From NCBI RefSeq assembly GCF_000284455.1, contig NC_017039.1, forward strand, positions 2,670,001-2,702,000: DNA of 32,000 nt. Reading direction: 5' to 3'. This document shows positions 19,355 through 27,895 of the stretch, piece by piece. A program made the position numbers and the translations under genes. Source of the DNA: Synechocystis sp. PCC 6803 substr. PCC-P. Lineage in GTDB: Bacteria > Cyanobacteriota > Cyanobacteriia > Cyanobacteriales > Microcystaceae. The notes beneath the pieces are model-generated. The model did not search any database and was not told the DNA's origin. It saw only the letters and a program-made list of their open reading frames with translations. Position 1 is the stretch's first letter. Each line of letters begins with the position of its first letter.

Positions 19355-20110
19355 TTAACGGAGAGAATAGGGTTTTTCCAGACCATGGCTTTCCATCAGG
19401 GTTTGGTCGGCCATAATTTCCTGGGCCGGGCCGTCGGCGACAATCTGCCCTTGGTCAATGATTATGACCCGGTTGCAGACTTCCAGCACAAATTCCAGAT
19501 CGTGGGAGGAAATTAGTAACGTTTGCTGGAACTGCCCCAAAAAGTTAATCAACTGACGGCGGGCTTTAATATCCAGACTAGCGGTGGGTTCATCACAGAG
19601 TAAAATTTTCGGGGCCATGGCTAACAAACCGGCGATCGCCACCATTTGCTTTTCCCCCCCGGATAAATGTTGGGGTAGACGATCTAACAAAGAAGTAATG
19701 CCAGTTAACTCCGCCGCTTGGTTAACCCTCTCCGTCACTTGAGCCGGGGATAAGCCCATATTTTGTGGCCCAAAGGCAATGTCATCCCAAACGGAGGTAG
19801 CAAATAGTTGGTCTGTGGGATTTTGAAACAGGAAACCCACTTCAGGCAAAAATTTTCCCGCTTCCAGGGCCTGGCCCAATAACTGGATGGTGCCAGCGCT
19901 AGCTTTTAACAGTCCGCAAAGCAGTAAAAATAAGGTAGTTTTGCCACAACCGTTATGGCCAATAATGCCTAGCCTTTCCCCTGGGGCGACTTGCCAAGCT
20001 AAATTGTTTAGTACTGGAGTTTGTCCGCCATAGGCAAAGGATAATTCCCGCACCCTAATTGCCGGTGGTATGGGTGACTTAATTGCTTCCTTTTCTTGGC
20101 TCCGGTCCAT
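19355..20110 (-). CDS. cbiO: ECF transporter ATPase component (CbiO/NikO/EcfA-like)
   Basis: Walker A reads GHNGCGKT, the signature reads LSGGEKQ and Walker B reads ILLCDEP. The track ORF extends to 20209 and overlaps cbiQ, so I prefer ATG 20110 (MDRSQEKE), 20 nt after the cbiQ stop. Confidence 0.85.
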   Translation of the reverse strand: MDRSQEKEAIKSPIPPAIRVRELSFAYGGQTPVLNNLAWQVAPGERLGIIGHNGCGKTTLFLLLCGLLKASAGTIQLLGQALEAGKFLPEVGFLFQNPTDQLFATSVWDDIAFGPQNMGLSPAQVTERVNQAAELTGITSLLDRLPQHLSGGEKQMVAIAGLLAMAPKILLCDEPTASLDIKARRQLINFLGQFQQTLLISSHDLEFVLEVCNRVIIIDQGQIVADGPAQEIMADQTLMESHGLEKPYSLR

Positions 20111-20130
20111 GGCCCGCACATTGGTTCCCG

Positions 20131-20904
20131 TCACAGGCTCACCTCCGCCACCACAAAACCAACGGCGATCGCCAATACGATTACCGTTAAACCTAAACCC
20201 GTTGAACATTTTCCCTCCGTCCTAGGGCTAGGCTGGGGAGATACAGCTTGGCCATAACCCCGCAGGACCATGGCCTGGTAAACCCGTTGGGACTGTTCAT
20301 AACTCCGTAGTAAAAGATTGCCCAACAAAAAAGCCCACTGTTGTATTGATCGCCGTTTTTGCTGTTGTTGTCCTAGGCCCCGCAGTTGCATTGCTTGGTG
20401 CATGGTACGGAAAGTATTACCAATGTCATAGAGGTAACGGTAAGCCAATAGGGCCATATCTGCCATCAGGGGAGGCAAACCTAAACGGCGCAGGGAATTA
20501 ACCATGGTTAAAAAAGGAGTGGTGCCAAAGAGAATAAAACCCAGGGTAAGAATGGAGAAAAACCTTCCCGCAATGAGCACCATAGCCGTCAATCCTTCCT
20601 GACGAATGGTGAGCCAGCCCCACTGCCCCAGCACTGTTTCCCCACTGACAAAGGGGAGGAGAATAACCGCTGTGAGAATAAATAAACCGGGGTAACTCAA
20701 CCGTTGCAGTAAAAAACTCAGGGGTAAGCCAGACAACCAATAAAGCAAGACAGTGACGCTCACCATGGGCACCATTAACCAAGCTTGCTGCACCATGGCC
20801 AAAGCAAACATCAACGCCATCAGACTAAACAGTTTTTGTCGAGGCTCCCAACCATGAATTGGCGATCGCCCAGGCACATAGGTTTCCAACGTCATTAAAC
20901 CCAT
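20131..20904 (-). CDS. cbiQ: ECF transporter transmembrane T component (CbiQ/NikQ-like)
   Basis: This is a 257-aa polytopic protein. It sits between cbiM and cbiO and starts 2 nt after the cbiM stop. Confidence 0.8.
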   Translation of the reverse strand: MGLMTLETYVPGRSPIHGWEPRQKLFSLMALMFALAMVQQAWLMVPMVSVTVLLYWLSGLPLSFLLQRLSYPGLFILTAVILLPFVSGETVLGQWGWLTIRQEGLTAMVLIAGRFFSILTLGFILFGTTPFLTMVNSLRRLGLPPLMADMALLAYRYLYDIGNTFRTMHQAMQLRGLGQQQQKRRSIQQWAFLLGNLLLRSYEQSQRVYQAMVLRGYGQAVSPQPSPRTEGKCSTGLGLTVIVLAIAVGFVVAEVSL

Positions 20905-20906
20905 TG

Positions 20907-21551
20907 CTAACTCTCCAGTAATTCCGGTTTAGTCCGTTGCAGAAACAAAACCACCAGGGCAGTGAATATGCCTTCTAGCACAATCAGAGGTACATGGCCC
21001 AACGCCAGCACCATAATCGCTCGGCGCTCAGCGGTGGCATCCAAACCCGTCGGTAAACTGGTGACAGTGAGGGCAATGAAAATTAGCACCGTTAAGGCTA
21101 AACCACTGCTACCCCCCAAAAAAGCAGCAATGCCCATGGCCCAGCGCTCCGGCAGAAACTTTTCTAGCCCATGGCGCAGTTGAAAAATATGATAGGCCGC
21201 CAACGTTGGCAAACCCATCAAAACACCATTAATACCCAAGGTGGTCAGCCCCCCATGGCCCACCATCAAAGCTTGGAAAAAGAGGCCAATTAAAATGGCT
21301 GGCAGAGCAAAATAGCCCAGCATTACCCCCAACAGACCGTTGAGAATTAGGTGGACACTCACCGGCGGCAGGGGAATATAGATAGAGGAAGCAACAAAAA
21401 AAGCTGCGGTCAGCAAAGATGCTTTGGGAATATTTTCCTGGGCATGGCCTTGACGATTAATTTGCCGCAGACAGTACCAAGTGGCTAACCCCGTCACTGC
21501 ATAGCCCCCGGCCACGATCTGGGGTGGCAATAGACCATCGGGAATGTGCAT
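20907..21551 (-). CDS. cbiM: ECF transporter substrate-capture component CbiM/NikM
   Basis: This is a 214-aa polytopic protein with the hallmark N-terminus MHIPDGLL. Confidence 0.9.
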   Translation of the reverse strand: MHIPDGLLPPQIVAGGYAVTGLATWYCLRQINRQGHAQENIPKASLLTAAFFVASSIYIPLPPVSVHLILNGLLGVMLGYFALPAILIGLFFQALMVGHGGLTTLGINGVLMGLPTLAAYHIFQLRHGLEKFLPERWAMGIAAFLGGSSGLALTVLIFIALTVTSLPTGLDATAERRAIMVLALGHVPLIVLEGIFTALVVLFLQRTKPELLES

Positions 21552-22082
21552 CTAGGCCCTGCCCTCACCTTTGCTTCTGCTGAAAAATAGGGCAGTACCC
21601 ACAAAACCCCAAATTACGGCCCCTAAAGTGATACCCCGTTGAATGGGAGATAGGGCAGCATTGGCATCCGGTACAGAGGCTACGGTAATTTCTGGAGTGC
21701 CTTGGTTGACACTAGAAGTAAGGGCATTGGCTGTATCGGTGCTATCAACCGCTGTTGTTTCTGGTTGCCAAGGTATGGTGATCATATTTCCGTGGCCCCC
21801 TTGCCGCACTGCCACTTCCCAATTGCCAGGGCGATCGCCTGCTGGAGTAAAAATAAATTTGCCCTCTTTGTCAGTAACCCCCGTTAACCAAGGTTCAGTG
21901 GAATTATTCGGGGCATAGACTAATACTTGGGCTTCGGCCATGGGTTGCCCGGAGTCATAATGGGCCGCCACGGCGATCGCCGCCACCGAATGATGTTCCA
22001 CTTTAACTCCGTGGGCAAGGACGGAGACCGTCTGGGTAAGTATGCCTCCCGCTAAACAAAATAGAGCTAGGTTAAATTTCAT
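21552..22082 (-). CDS. accessory periplasmic protein of the Ni/Co ECF transporter (N-terminal signal, beta-rich domain, C-terminal TM anchor; NikL-like)
   Basis: I prefer ATG 22082 (MKFNLALFCLAGG), which lies 5 nt after the upstream stop. The track starts at 22136, inside the previous gene. The predicted mature N-terminus is HGVKVEHH. The C-terminal TM segment is ITLGAVIWGFVGTALFF. The stop abuts the cbiM ATG. Confidence 0.7.
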   Translation of the reverse strand: MKFNLALFCLAGGILTQTVSVLAHGVKVEHHSVAAIAVAAHYDSGQPMAEAQVLVYAPNNSTEPWLTGVTDKEGKFIFTPAGDRPGNWEVAVRQGGHGNMITIPWQPETTAVDSTDTANALTSSVNQGTPEITVASVPDANAALSPIQRGITLGAVIWGFVGTALFFSRSKGEGRA

Positions 22083-22087
22083 CGGAT

Positions 22088-22954
22088 TTACAGGTTGAAG
22101 GAAGTGATGGTGGTGAATGCCTTGGTTTGTCGGCAATGGCCTTCCCCCACATGGCCAAGGTTGGCTAAAACTTGTAAAAAGGTTTGATAATCTGCCGCCC
22201 CTAATCGAGCTTGCAAGTCCTGACTATTGAGATCAATGCCCTTTTCCCCGGCCAGGGCTGCTAGGGGATCAAAGCCAAAAGCACTAAGGTTAATGTCGCT
22301 ATCGACGGGTTCTTGTCCGTCCCCAAATAAATGATCTAAATGAAAGGTGGCTTCCAAGTCTGCCTTGCCGCCAGCGGTGAGAATTCCCTTACGTTCATCG
22401 CCCACAAAATCACCGCAGACAAAACCCAACTCCTTCTTTACCCCTAGTTTGAATGGAATAGTCTGACCATCTTTAGTGGCCATTCCCTCCAGTAAAATTG
22501 AGTAACCTTGGGCTGGGCCTTCTGTGGCCAAGGGCATTTGCCAAGATAAAGCGTTAAATTTCCCCGCTGGAGCCGGAGTTTCCCCCACTAAAACCGTTTC
22601 TGCATCTTTTCCCGTCATTGCTAAGTCCACCACTGTAGGTCCTGGCATGGCGATCGCCACGGCGGTTTCCGGCAATGAAGCATCCGTGCTGGCATCAAAG
22701 GCCGACCCTACCTGGTAAGCATTAATGTCCGCCAGGGAAACATAAACGTGATTAAAGTCCAGAACCCAGCCATCCTTGGTGGTCAGACCTTCCCGGGCCC
22801 GTTCTTCTCCGTTGGCTCGCACCGTTAAAGTGCCTTGATTTGCCGAGGGAGAGGCGTTCATTTCCGGGGAGGAAAGATTTTCACCACCACAGCCCGATAG
22901 CAATACGAATAGCAATGATACTAAAGACCACCCACTTTTAAATGGCGATCGCAT
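22088..22954 (-). CDS. lipoprotein, accessory periplasmic component of the Ni/Co ECF transporter (NikK-like)
   Basis: I prefer ATG 22954 (MRSPFKSGW), preceded by AAGGAAAAGT. The lipobox reads LLSGCGG. The C-terminal HVGEGHC is a plausible metal ligand cluster. Confidence 0.7.
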   Translation of the reverse strand: MRSPFKSGWSLVSLLFVLLSGCGGENLSSPEMNASPSANQGTLTVRANGEERAREGLTTKDGWVLDFNHVYVSLADINAYQVGSAFDASTDASLPETAVAIAMPGPTVVDLAMTGKDAETVLVGETPAPAGKFNALSWQMPLATEGPAQGYSILLEGMATKDGQTIPFKLGVKKELGFVCGDFVGDERKGILTAGGKADLEATFHLDHLFGDGQEPVDSDINLSAFGFDPLAALAGEKGIDLNSQDLQARLGAADYQTFLQVLANLGHVGEGHCRQTKAFTTITSFNL

Positions 22955-23376
22955 ACTTTTCCTTGGAGGCACAAACAACGCTCCTAATGTTTTCTTCCCA
23001 TGGTCAAAGGTAAAAAAATTTATTCAACATTGGAAAAATTAAAAGCACAATTTCTACTTAACCTTGGCCGCTTGAAAAGTACAATACCCTCTGGGGGGAA
23101 GGGGGATATGGATTTAACCATTATTTCTTGACAGTACAGCAGGGCAGTTGGACAAACCAAAAGTTATTTAAAACCAAGACCAATGGGGAAGCTCGAAACT
23201 TCTTATCGCACCGGACTTCCAGGGGAAGAGTTTAGACCGCGATCTCTATTCCTAAGGGTAGATTTTGCCCACGGTGGAAAAACCGCTTTTTCCCAGGCTA
23301 ATGCCTCTTCCGTTCGGATTCCTGCCATACATTTTTGTTAACTTCAGTAACAATAGATACCGTTCTGGAAATTACC

Positions 23377-23382
23377 TATAAT
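23377..23382 (+). promoter_or_regulatory. consensus -10 box TATAAT upstream of the 51-aa ORF
   Basis: A perfect TATAAT lies 65 nt upstream of ATG 23447. No good -35 element is present. Confidence 0.4.
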
Positions 23383-23446
23383 TTTATGTTATGTTGAATG
23401 TAAATCTAAATGTAAGTTTTTCACTGCCTTTCGGAGGGTAGAAGTA

Positions 23447-23602
23447 ATGAATAATCGTAAACGTGTTTTGACTCAAACGGCGATCGCCCACAAAGAAACC
23501 CTGCGTCAAAACCTCCAGCACCGTTTAGAGCGGGCACGGGCCGCCGGCAATCAGTCCTTAGTTAGTCAATTGGAAGCAGAAGCTGCTTATCTCCACCTGT
23601 AA
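23447..23602 (+). CDS. small basic helical protein, 51 aa (below the ORF-track size cutoff)
   Basis: Hand translation gives MNNRKRVLTQTAIAHKETLRQNLQHRLERARAAGNQSLVSQLEAEAAYLHL*. A strong SD (GGAGGG) lies 8 nt upstream, and a strong terminator lies downstream. A HIP1 site sits in frame inside it. Confidence 0.65.
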   Translation: MNNRKRVLTQTAIAHKETLRQNLQHRLERARAAGNQSLVSQLEAEAAYLHL

Positions 23603-23689
23603 GTTTCCACAAGAATAAGCTCAAAGAATGTCAACAAGAGAGTTGACTGCCAGTTGAGACAAAGTTTGCAAGAAATTTCTAGAGTTAAT

Positions 23690-23721
23690 GGCGATTTATC
23701 CCCGAGATAGGTCGCCTTTTT
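23690..23721 (+). terminator. intrinsic terminator
   Basis: The hairpin is GGCGATTTATC-cccga-GATAGGTCGCC, an 11-bp stem with two G.U pairs. It is followed by TTTTTG. Confidence 0.7.
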
Positions 23722-23951
23722 GCTGGGATCCGCACTACTGACAGCCTGCCCAGGGAAATATTATTTGAACTTTAACCGCCTGATGGTTTTCTAAAAATTT
23801 TGAGCATCAAACTTTAACAGATCTTAAGTCATCATGAGAGCTTTCTGCTCTTTAAAAAAACGCTCAATGTTCTCCCCATAGGGGGGGATGATGGACCATC
23901 CTTTGCTCAGTTCAGACCGAAGTGGAAACTCTTTGCCCTTGGCACAGATAA

Positions 23952-24233
23952 TCACTCAAACTTTTCGGGGCAGACCTGCCGGGAAAACTCGTCCCAACTT
24001 TTTAATAACTCGGCTTCGGTATTTTTTCCGATAGTATCCAAGAGCAGCATAGGAAATAGATGTAGTTGTCGATGGCGATTAAAAGCATCCATTGCCGCCT
24101 GACTTGCTTGGCCACGGGCCACCTCTAGGACCGCCTGACTGCCGCAAATGGTTTCCGCATAGACATTTATCGCCAGTGTCTGATTGAAGTTATCCGGAAA
24201 TTCGAGGGGCTGGAAAAACGCAAACAACATCAC
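23952..24233 (-). CDS. hypothetical protein (93 aa per ORF track)
   Basis: This call rests on the track ORF only. No motif was recognised. My hand indexing of its N-terminal part was off by 1 nt (see noticed_but_rejected). Confidence 0.4.
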   Translation of the reverse strand: MMLFAFFQPLEFPDNFNQTLAINVYAETICGSQAVLEVARGQASQAAMDAFNRHRQLHLFPMLLLDTIGKNTEAELLKSWDEFSRQVCPEKFE

Positions 24234-24338
24234 ACCAGATTATCTCCCAGGCAGAATAACTTTAGACAATTCCAAACTTAAATCAAGACTTTATGTTAAC
24301 TATCTTAAAATACTAGATAGAAAAATTTAAGTAGCGGA

Positions 24339-24344
24339 TATAAT
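24339..24344 (+). promoter_or_regulatory. candidate -10 box TATAAT upstream of the 95-aa secreted protein gene
   Basis: TATAAT lies 32 nt upstream of ATG 24376 in a very AT-rich spacer. Confidence 0.3.
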
Positions 24345-24375
24345 TATTTTGCGATCAAACATTGGGGGATAAACC

Positions 24376-24663
24376 ATGAAGGTATTACATTTGGCGCTGA
24401 TGGCAACTTTCTCTGTGGTTTATGCAACCGTTGCTGTCGCCGTTCCCATTACCTACTATGGTCAAAAAGGCGAATATACCGTGGACTACGAAGCGGGAAC
24501 CTACCGAGGCTGTGTTTACGGGACAGGATGTATTAAATTAGGCCGCAATCGCAAGGCCGGCATTTCGACCTGGAAAAATGGAGATTATACTTACTCAATT
24601 AATGACGACACAGTGGAGGTTTACTTAAAAGGTAAATTAATTTTTAAAGATACATTTAATTGA
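24376..24663 (+). CDS. small secreted hypothetical protein
   Basis: This is a 95-aa ORF preceded by GGGGGATAAACC. The N-terminal signal-like segment is MKVLHLALMATFSVVYATVAVA. The mature part is Tyr/Gly/Lys-rich with 2 Cys. Confidence 0.55.
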   Translation: MKVLHLALMATFSVVYATVAVAVPITYYGQKGEYTVDYEAGTYRGCVYGTGCIKLGRNRKAGISTWKNGDYTYSINDDTVEVYLKGKLIFKDTFN

Positions 24664-24977
24664 AATTAATCCCTCCATTTATTTTCTTCGATAATAGTTT
24701 TATTGTTGTGAACGATGTATGGAGTGCCGTATTTGATCAAGCATTTGGCATCACTATTTTGGAGAGTATAGACAAAAACTATTTTGGCCTCACGCTATTA
24801 CCGCAATTTCTATTAATAAACTTCCCCTTCTGTTAATGGAATTATCCGTGTTGGTGTTAACCCCTATGTCGGTGGCATTATCGGTTATGAAACGTTTTTT
24901 GCCGTTAAAATCAGATTGGTCTGAACCGGTCGCCCAATTGCCAGTAGCAGTTCGTCAGGGGATTAGGTTGCCCTCAT

Positions 24978-26075
24978 CTAAAGATACTTTGCCAATACTT
25001 CCCTAGTTAAATGTCCAGTTTTTTCCCAGGAAAATTCCCTTGCTCTGGCTAAGCTCTGTTGTTGTAACTGCTGACACAACCGGCGATCTTTCCACACCTG
25101 CTCCATAGCTTGATAAATCTCTTTAATACTGTAGGGATCGACCAATAGAACGGCATCTCCTCCCACTTCTGGTAAGGACGAGACGGAAGAGGTAATTACC
25201 GCCGTGCCACAGGCCATGGCTTCCAGCACTGGAAAACCAAATCCTTCCCATAAAGAGGGAAACACCAAGGCGATCGCCTGGCGATAAAGTTGTCGCAGTT
25301 GGTCATAGCTAACGTAGTCTAAACAATGTACCTCTGTCCCAACCCCCAATTCTGTCGCCAAGGCCATTAATTTGGGAGTGTAACGGCGATCGGTAGGACC
25401 GGCCAAAATTAACTCAATATCTTGGCTGTTGGTATTTTGCACAAATCGAGCAAAGGCTTGAATCAGCCGCCCCACATTTTTGTGCGGATCGTGGCGGCCC
25501 ACAAAGAGAAAGTAGGGCTTTTTCCTTGGGGCTAAATTATCCTGTCCCGGTTGAAAATGTTCCCGGTCATAGCCCAAGGCGATCGCCGTAATTTTACTGG
25601 CGGGAATTTGGAAATAGTCCACCACATCATCGGCTGTGGCTTGGGAATTACACAAAATATGTTCCGCTTGCCCCAGCACCAACGGCAAATAAAACTTGCA
25701 ATAGCTAGTCAGGGGAGATTTCCAGTTGGGAAACCGGAGGGGAATCAAATCATGCACCATCACCACTGTGCGACAATCGGCCCAAAGTGGAGCTTCCGGG
25801 ATGGGGGAAAAAAGCAAAGAACCTTTTAATTGTCGGTAAAGTTCTGGTAGCTGAAACTGGGTCCAAACTAAGCGATTAAAATGGCCCCGACTGCCCTGGG
25901 CTGGGGTGAGATTATTCGGCACAGTTTGGCAGGGAAACTCCGCCACCAACTGGGAAGTTAGTAATGTTGGCTTGAGGGGTTTGAGATGGGGAAAAACATT
26001 ACTGGCATAGACACTCAACCCCGTCGGTTGGGCCAGCAGAAAAGAAAGATTTACTAATAAATGGGAGCCGGTCAT
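24978..26075 (-). CDS. GT-B fold glycosyltransferase, family 4-like
   Basis: This is a 365-aa ORF with the [18 protein letters not shown] motif. It starts 9 nt after the lpxA stop. Confidence 0.85.
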   Translation of the reverse strand: MTGSHLLVNLSFLLAQPTGLSVYASNVFPHLKPLKPTLLTSQLVAEFPCQTVPNNLTPAQGSRGHFNRLVWTQFQLPELYRQLKGSLLFSPIPEAPLWADCRTVVMVHDLIPLRFPNWKSPLTSYCKFYLPLVLGQAEHILCNSQATADDVVDYFQIPASKITAIALGYDREHFQPGQDNLAPRKKPYFLFVGRHDPHKNVGRLIQAFARFVQNTNSQDIELILAGPTDRRYTPKLMALATELGVGTEVHCLDYVSYDQLRQLYRQAIALVFPSLWEGFGFPVLEAMACGTAVITSSVSSLPEVGGDAVLLVDPYSIKEIYQAMEQVWKDRRLCQQLQQQSLARAREFSWEKTGHLTREVLAKYL

Positions 26076-26084
26076 GGCACTGAC

Positions 26085-26915
26085 CTATTTTTTGCCGGGG
26101 ATGGGGCCCCGTCGCCCTTGGTCGTAGCTAGATTTCTGCAAAAAGCATTGGAAATGTTGCACGTAGGGATGGGCGGCCGATCGCCCTAATTCTTCCAAGG
26201 CCTGTTGGTAGGGGGTGTCAGAACGATAAATTAACCGAAAAGCTTGTTTTAACGCACTCAAATCCTCCGCCGACATACCGGAACGTTGCAGGCCGATTAA
26301 GTTTAAAGAACGCACCCGAGAAGGATTACCTTCAACAATGGTAAAAGGAGGCACATCCCGTTCAATGCGACTCATGCCCCCCACCATGGCCAAGCGACCA
26401 ATGTGGACAAATTGGTGCACTCCTAAAACGCCGCTGATTCTTGCCTGGGATTCAATATAAATGTGCCCTGCCAAAGCTACGGAGTTGGCAATAATTACTT
26501 CGTTTTCGATCACACAATTGTGGGCCACATGAGCATAGGCCATCAGCAAATTGCGATCGCCGATGCGGGTCACTGCTCCTTCTTCCGTAGCCCGGTTAAT
26601 GGTGACGTATTCCCGAATTTGGTTATCGTTGCCGATTTTGACCCAACTTTCTCCCCCCTTATATTTCAAATCCTGGGGTTCACAACCGATCACTGCACCG
26701 GGAAAAATTCGATTGCCCGTACCAATTTCCGTGGGGCCTTCCACCACCACATGGGGACCAATGACCGTATTAGCTCCAATGGTGACTTTCTCTCCAATCA
26801 CACTAAAAGCCCCCACCTGAACTGTGGCGTGTAACTGGGCTTGGGGATGGATGATGGCCGTTGGATGGATAGATGGGGACAAGGTCGCTTCTCCCAAGCG
26901 GTTATCAGTCAACAT
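26085..26915 (-). CDS. lpxA: acyl-ACP--UDP-N-acetylglucosamine O-acyltransferase
   Basis: Left-handed beta-helix hexapeptide repeats are followed by a helical C-terminal domain (RGLNLIGLQRSG-like: SLNLIGLQRSGMS). The track start is 26972, but I prefer ATG 26915 (MLTDNRLG). Confidence 0.9.
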   Translation of the reverse strand: MLTDNRLGEATLSPSIHPTAIIHPQAQLHATVQVGAFSVIGEKVTIGANTVIGPHVVVEGPTEIGTGNRIFPGAVIGCEPQDLKYKGGESWVKIGNDNQIREYVTINRATEEGAVTRIGDRNLLMAYAHVAHNCVIENEVIIANSVALAGHIYIESQARISGVLGVHQFVHIGRLAMVGGMSRIERDVPPFTIVEGNPSRVRSLNLIGLQRSGMSAEDLSALKQAFRLIYRSDTPYQQALEELGRSAAHPYVQHFQCFLQKSSYDQGRRGPIPGKK

Positions 26916-27088
26916 TAATCTCTCGGAATGGGGGATAATCGGAGCAGGGACAAGGGCAAATAACTTCCCCATAGATTAGCAGGCATTGTACCCCTGGAGT
27001 GACCCCCGGTGGCTTGATCTTCTCTGCAACTCTGACTACAATCCAGTGGTCTGGTGATGGTGTCAATTTCGTCTTGGTGTTAACCCGT

Positions 27089-27682
27089 ATGCTTAGCTCT
27101 ATCGGTTCTAACGGCTCTAAACATAGCTTTAAAAATTATTTCCAACAACTCCGTCGTCCCTTTGCTCCCATTGGTTGTGGCCTGTTGATGGCCAGCGGTA
27201 TGGTTTTTGCCCCGATCGCCGCCGTGGCTGGGGACTGGAACCAGTTTGATGTTTGTGTGACGGAACTGAAAAGAAACGGAGTTAGTGATGATGCGGCCGC
27301 TTCTGGTTGCTCCCAGGCGATTATTCCCAAGGAAATGTCCCAATGCGTCAACATGATCAGCCGTAACACCAACATTACTGGCATTGTGGCTCTGCAATCC
27401 TGTTTTCAAGTGCGTCGCCCGGTGGATTTGGGTAATTGTGTAGTGGATATTGACCGGGGCGTAGTGGGACGGAACCGTTCCCCCGAAGGGGAAGATGTCA
27501 CCATGGCGGCCCTCAATAGCTGTCGCCAAAGTTTACTGCCAGGTCGCCATTCGGAATGTGTGCTGGCCCTGAGTCGGGAAGTTTCCGATTTCACTCCCCA
27601 AAAAGCGATGAATACCTGCCTAGCCGCAGAGGATTTCCCCCGGGATCTTTTCCCTGCCTACAGTGAAACCCAACCAAATTAG
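27089..27682 (+). CDS. secreted Cys-repeat hypothetical protein
   Basis: The track ORF starts at GTG 26999, but I prefer ATG 27089 (MLSSIGSNG...). A hydrophobic segment GCGLLMASGMVFAPIAAVAG is followed by four two-Cys repeat units. Confidence 0.6.
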   Translation: MLSSIGSNGSKHSFKNYFQQLRRPFAPIGCGLLMASGMVFAPIAAVAGDWNQFDVCVTELKRNGVSDDAAASGCSQAIIPKEMSQCVNMISRNTNITGIVALQSCFQVRRPVDLGNCVVDIDRGVVGRNRSPEGEDVTMAALNSCRQSLLPGRHSECVLALSREVSDFTPQKAMNTCLAAEDFPRDLFPAYSETQPN

Positions 27683-27895
27683 GAGAGCTTTAAATTAACC
27701 TTCAATGCCAGTCTGGCTAAAAAACTTAATTTCTCAAGAAAATCTCAATAAAACCTTGGATAGTTTGGGAAAGACTTTGAATATAGTTTTCCCAAGCTTT
27801 CTAGTAACATCCAGCCAAATTGACAATACCTATTTATTCAAGGCATGGTCTATAAAGACTAAGCTAACCTGTTACTTATTCAGCTTTCCCTGAAA

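Noticed and set aside
23170-23330. A firm cobalamin riboswitch call
   Set aside because: Only partial core and B12-box similarity is present. The better match is on the strand opposite to the transporter operon, and I cannot draw the full P1-P6 fold. I kept it as a lead rather than a feature.
23183-23341. 52-codon plus-strand ORF (MGKLETSYRTGLPGEEF...) in the spacer upstream of the metal operon
   Set aside because: It has no SD and an odd composition, and it coincides with the riboswitch-like motifs. It is most likely not coding.
24175-24234. Apparent +1 frame discrepancy near 24180 in the 93-aa ORF
   Set aside because: By my hand indexing, the N-terminal 18 codons of the track protein sit one nucleotide out of register with the rest (GTG at 24234 rather than 24233). 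The supplied track reads straight through and coordinates on both sides agree, so this is most likely my counting error at a line break. It needs a mechanical re-translation before any pseudogene claim.
27705-27893. 62-aa ORF immediately upstream of the alpha/beta hydrolase, considered as a gene
   Set aside because: It is AT-rich and low-complexity, with no SD or motif. I mention it only as context in the findings.
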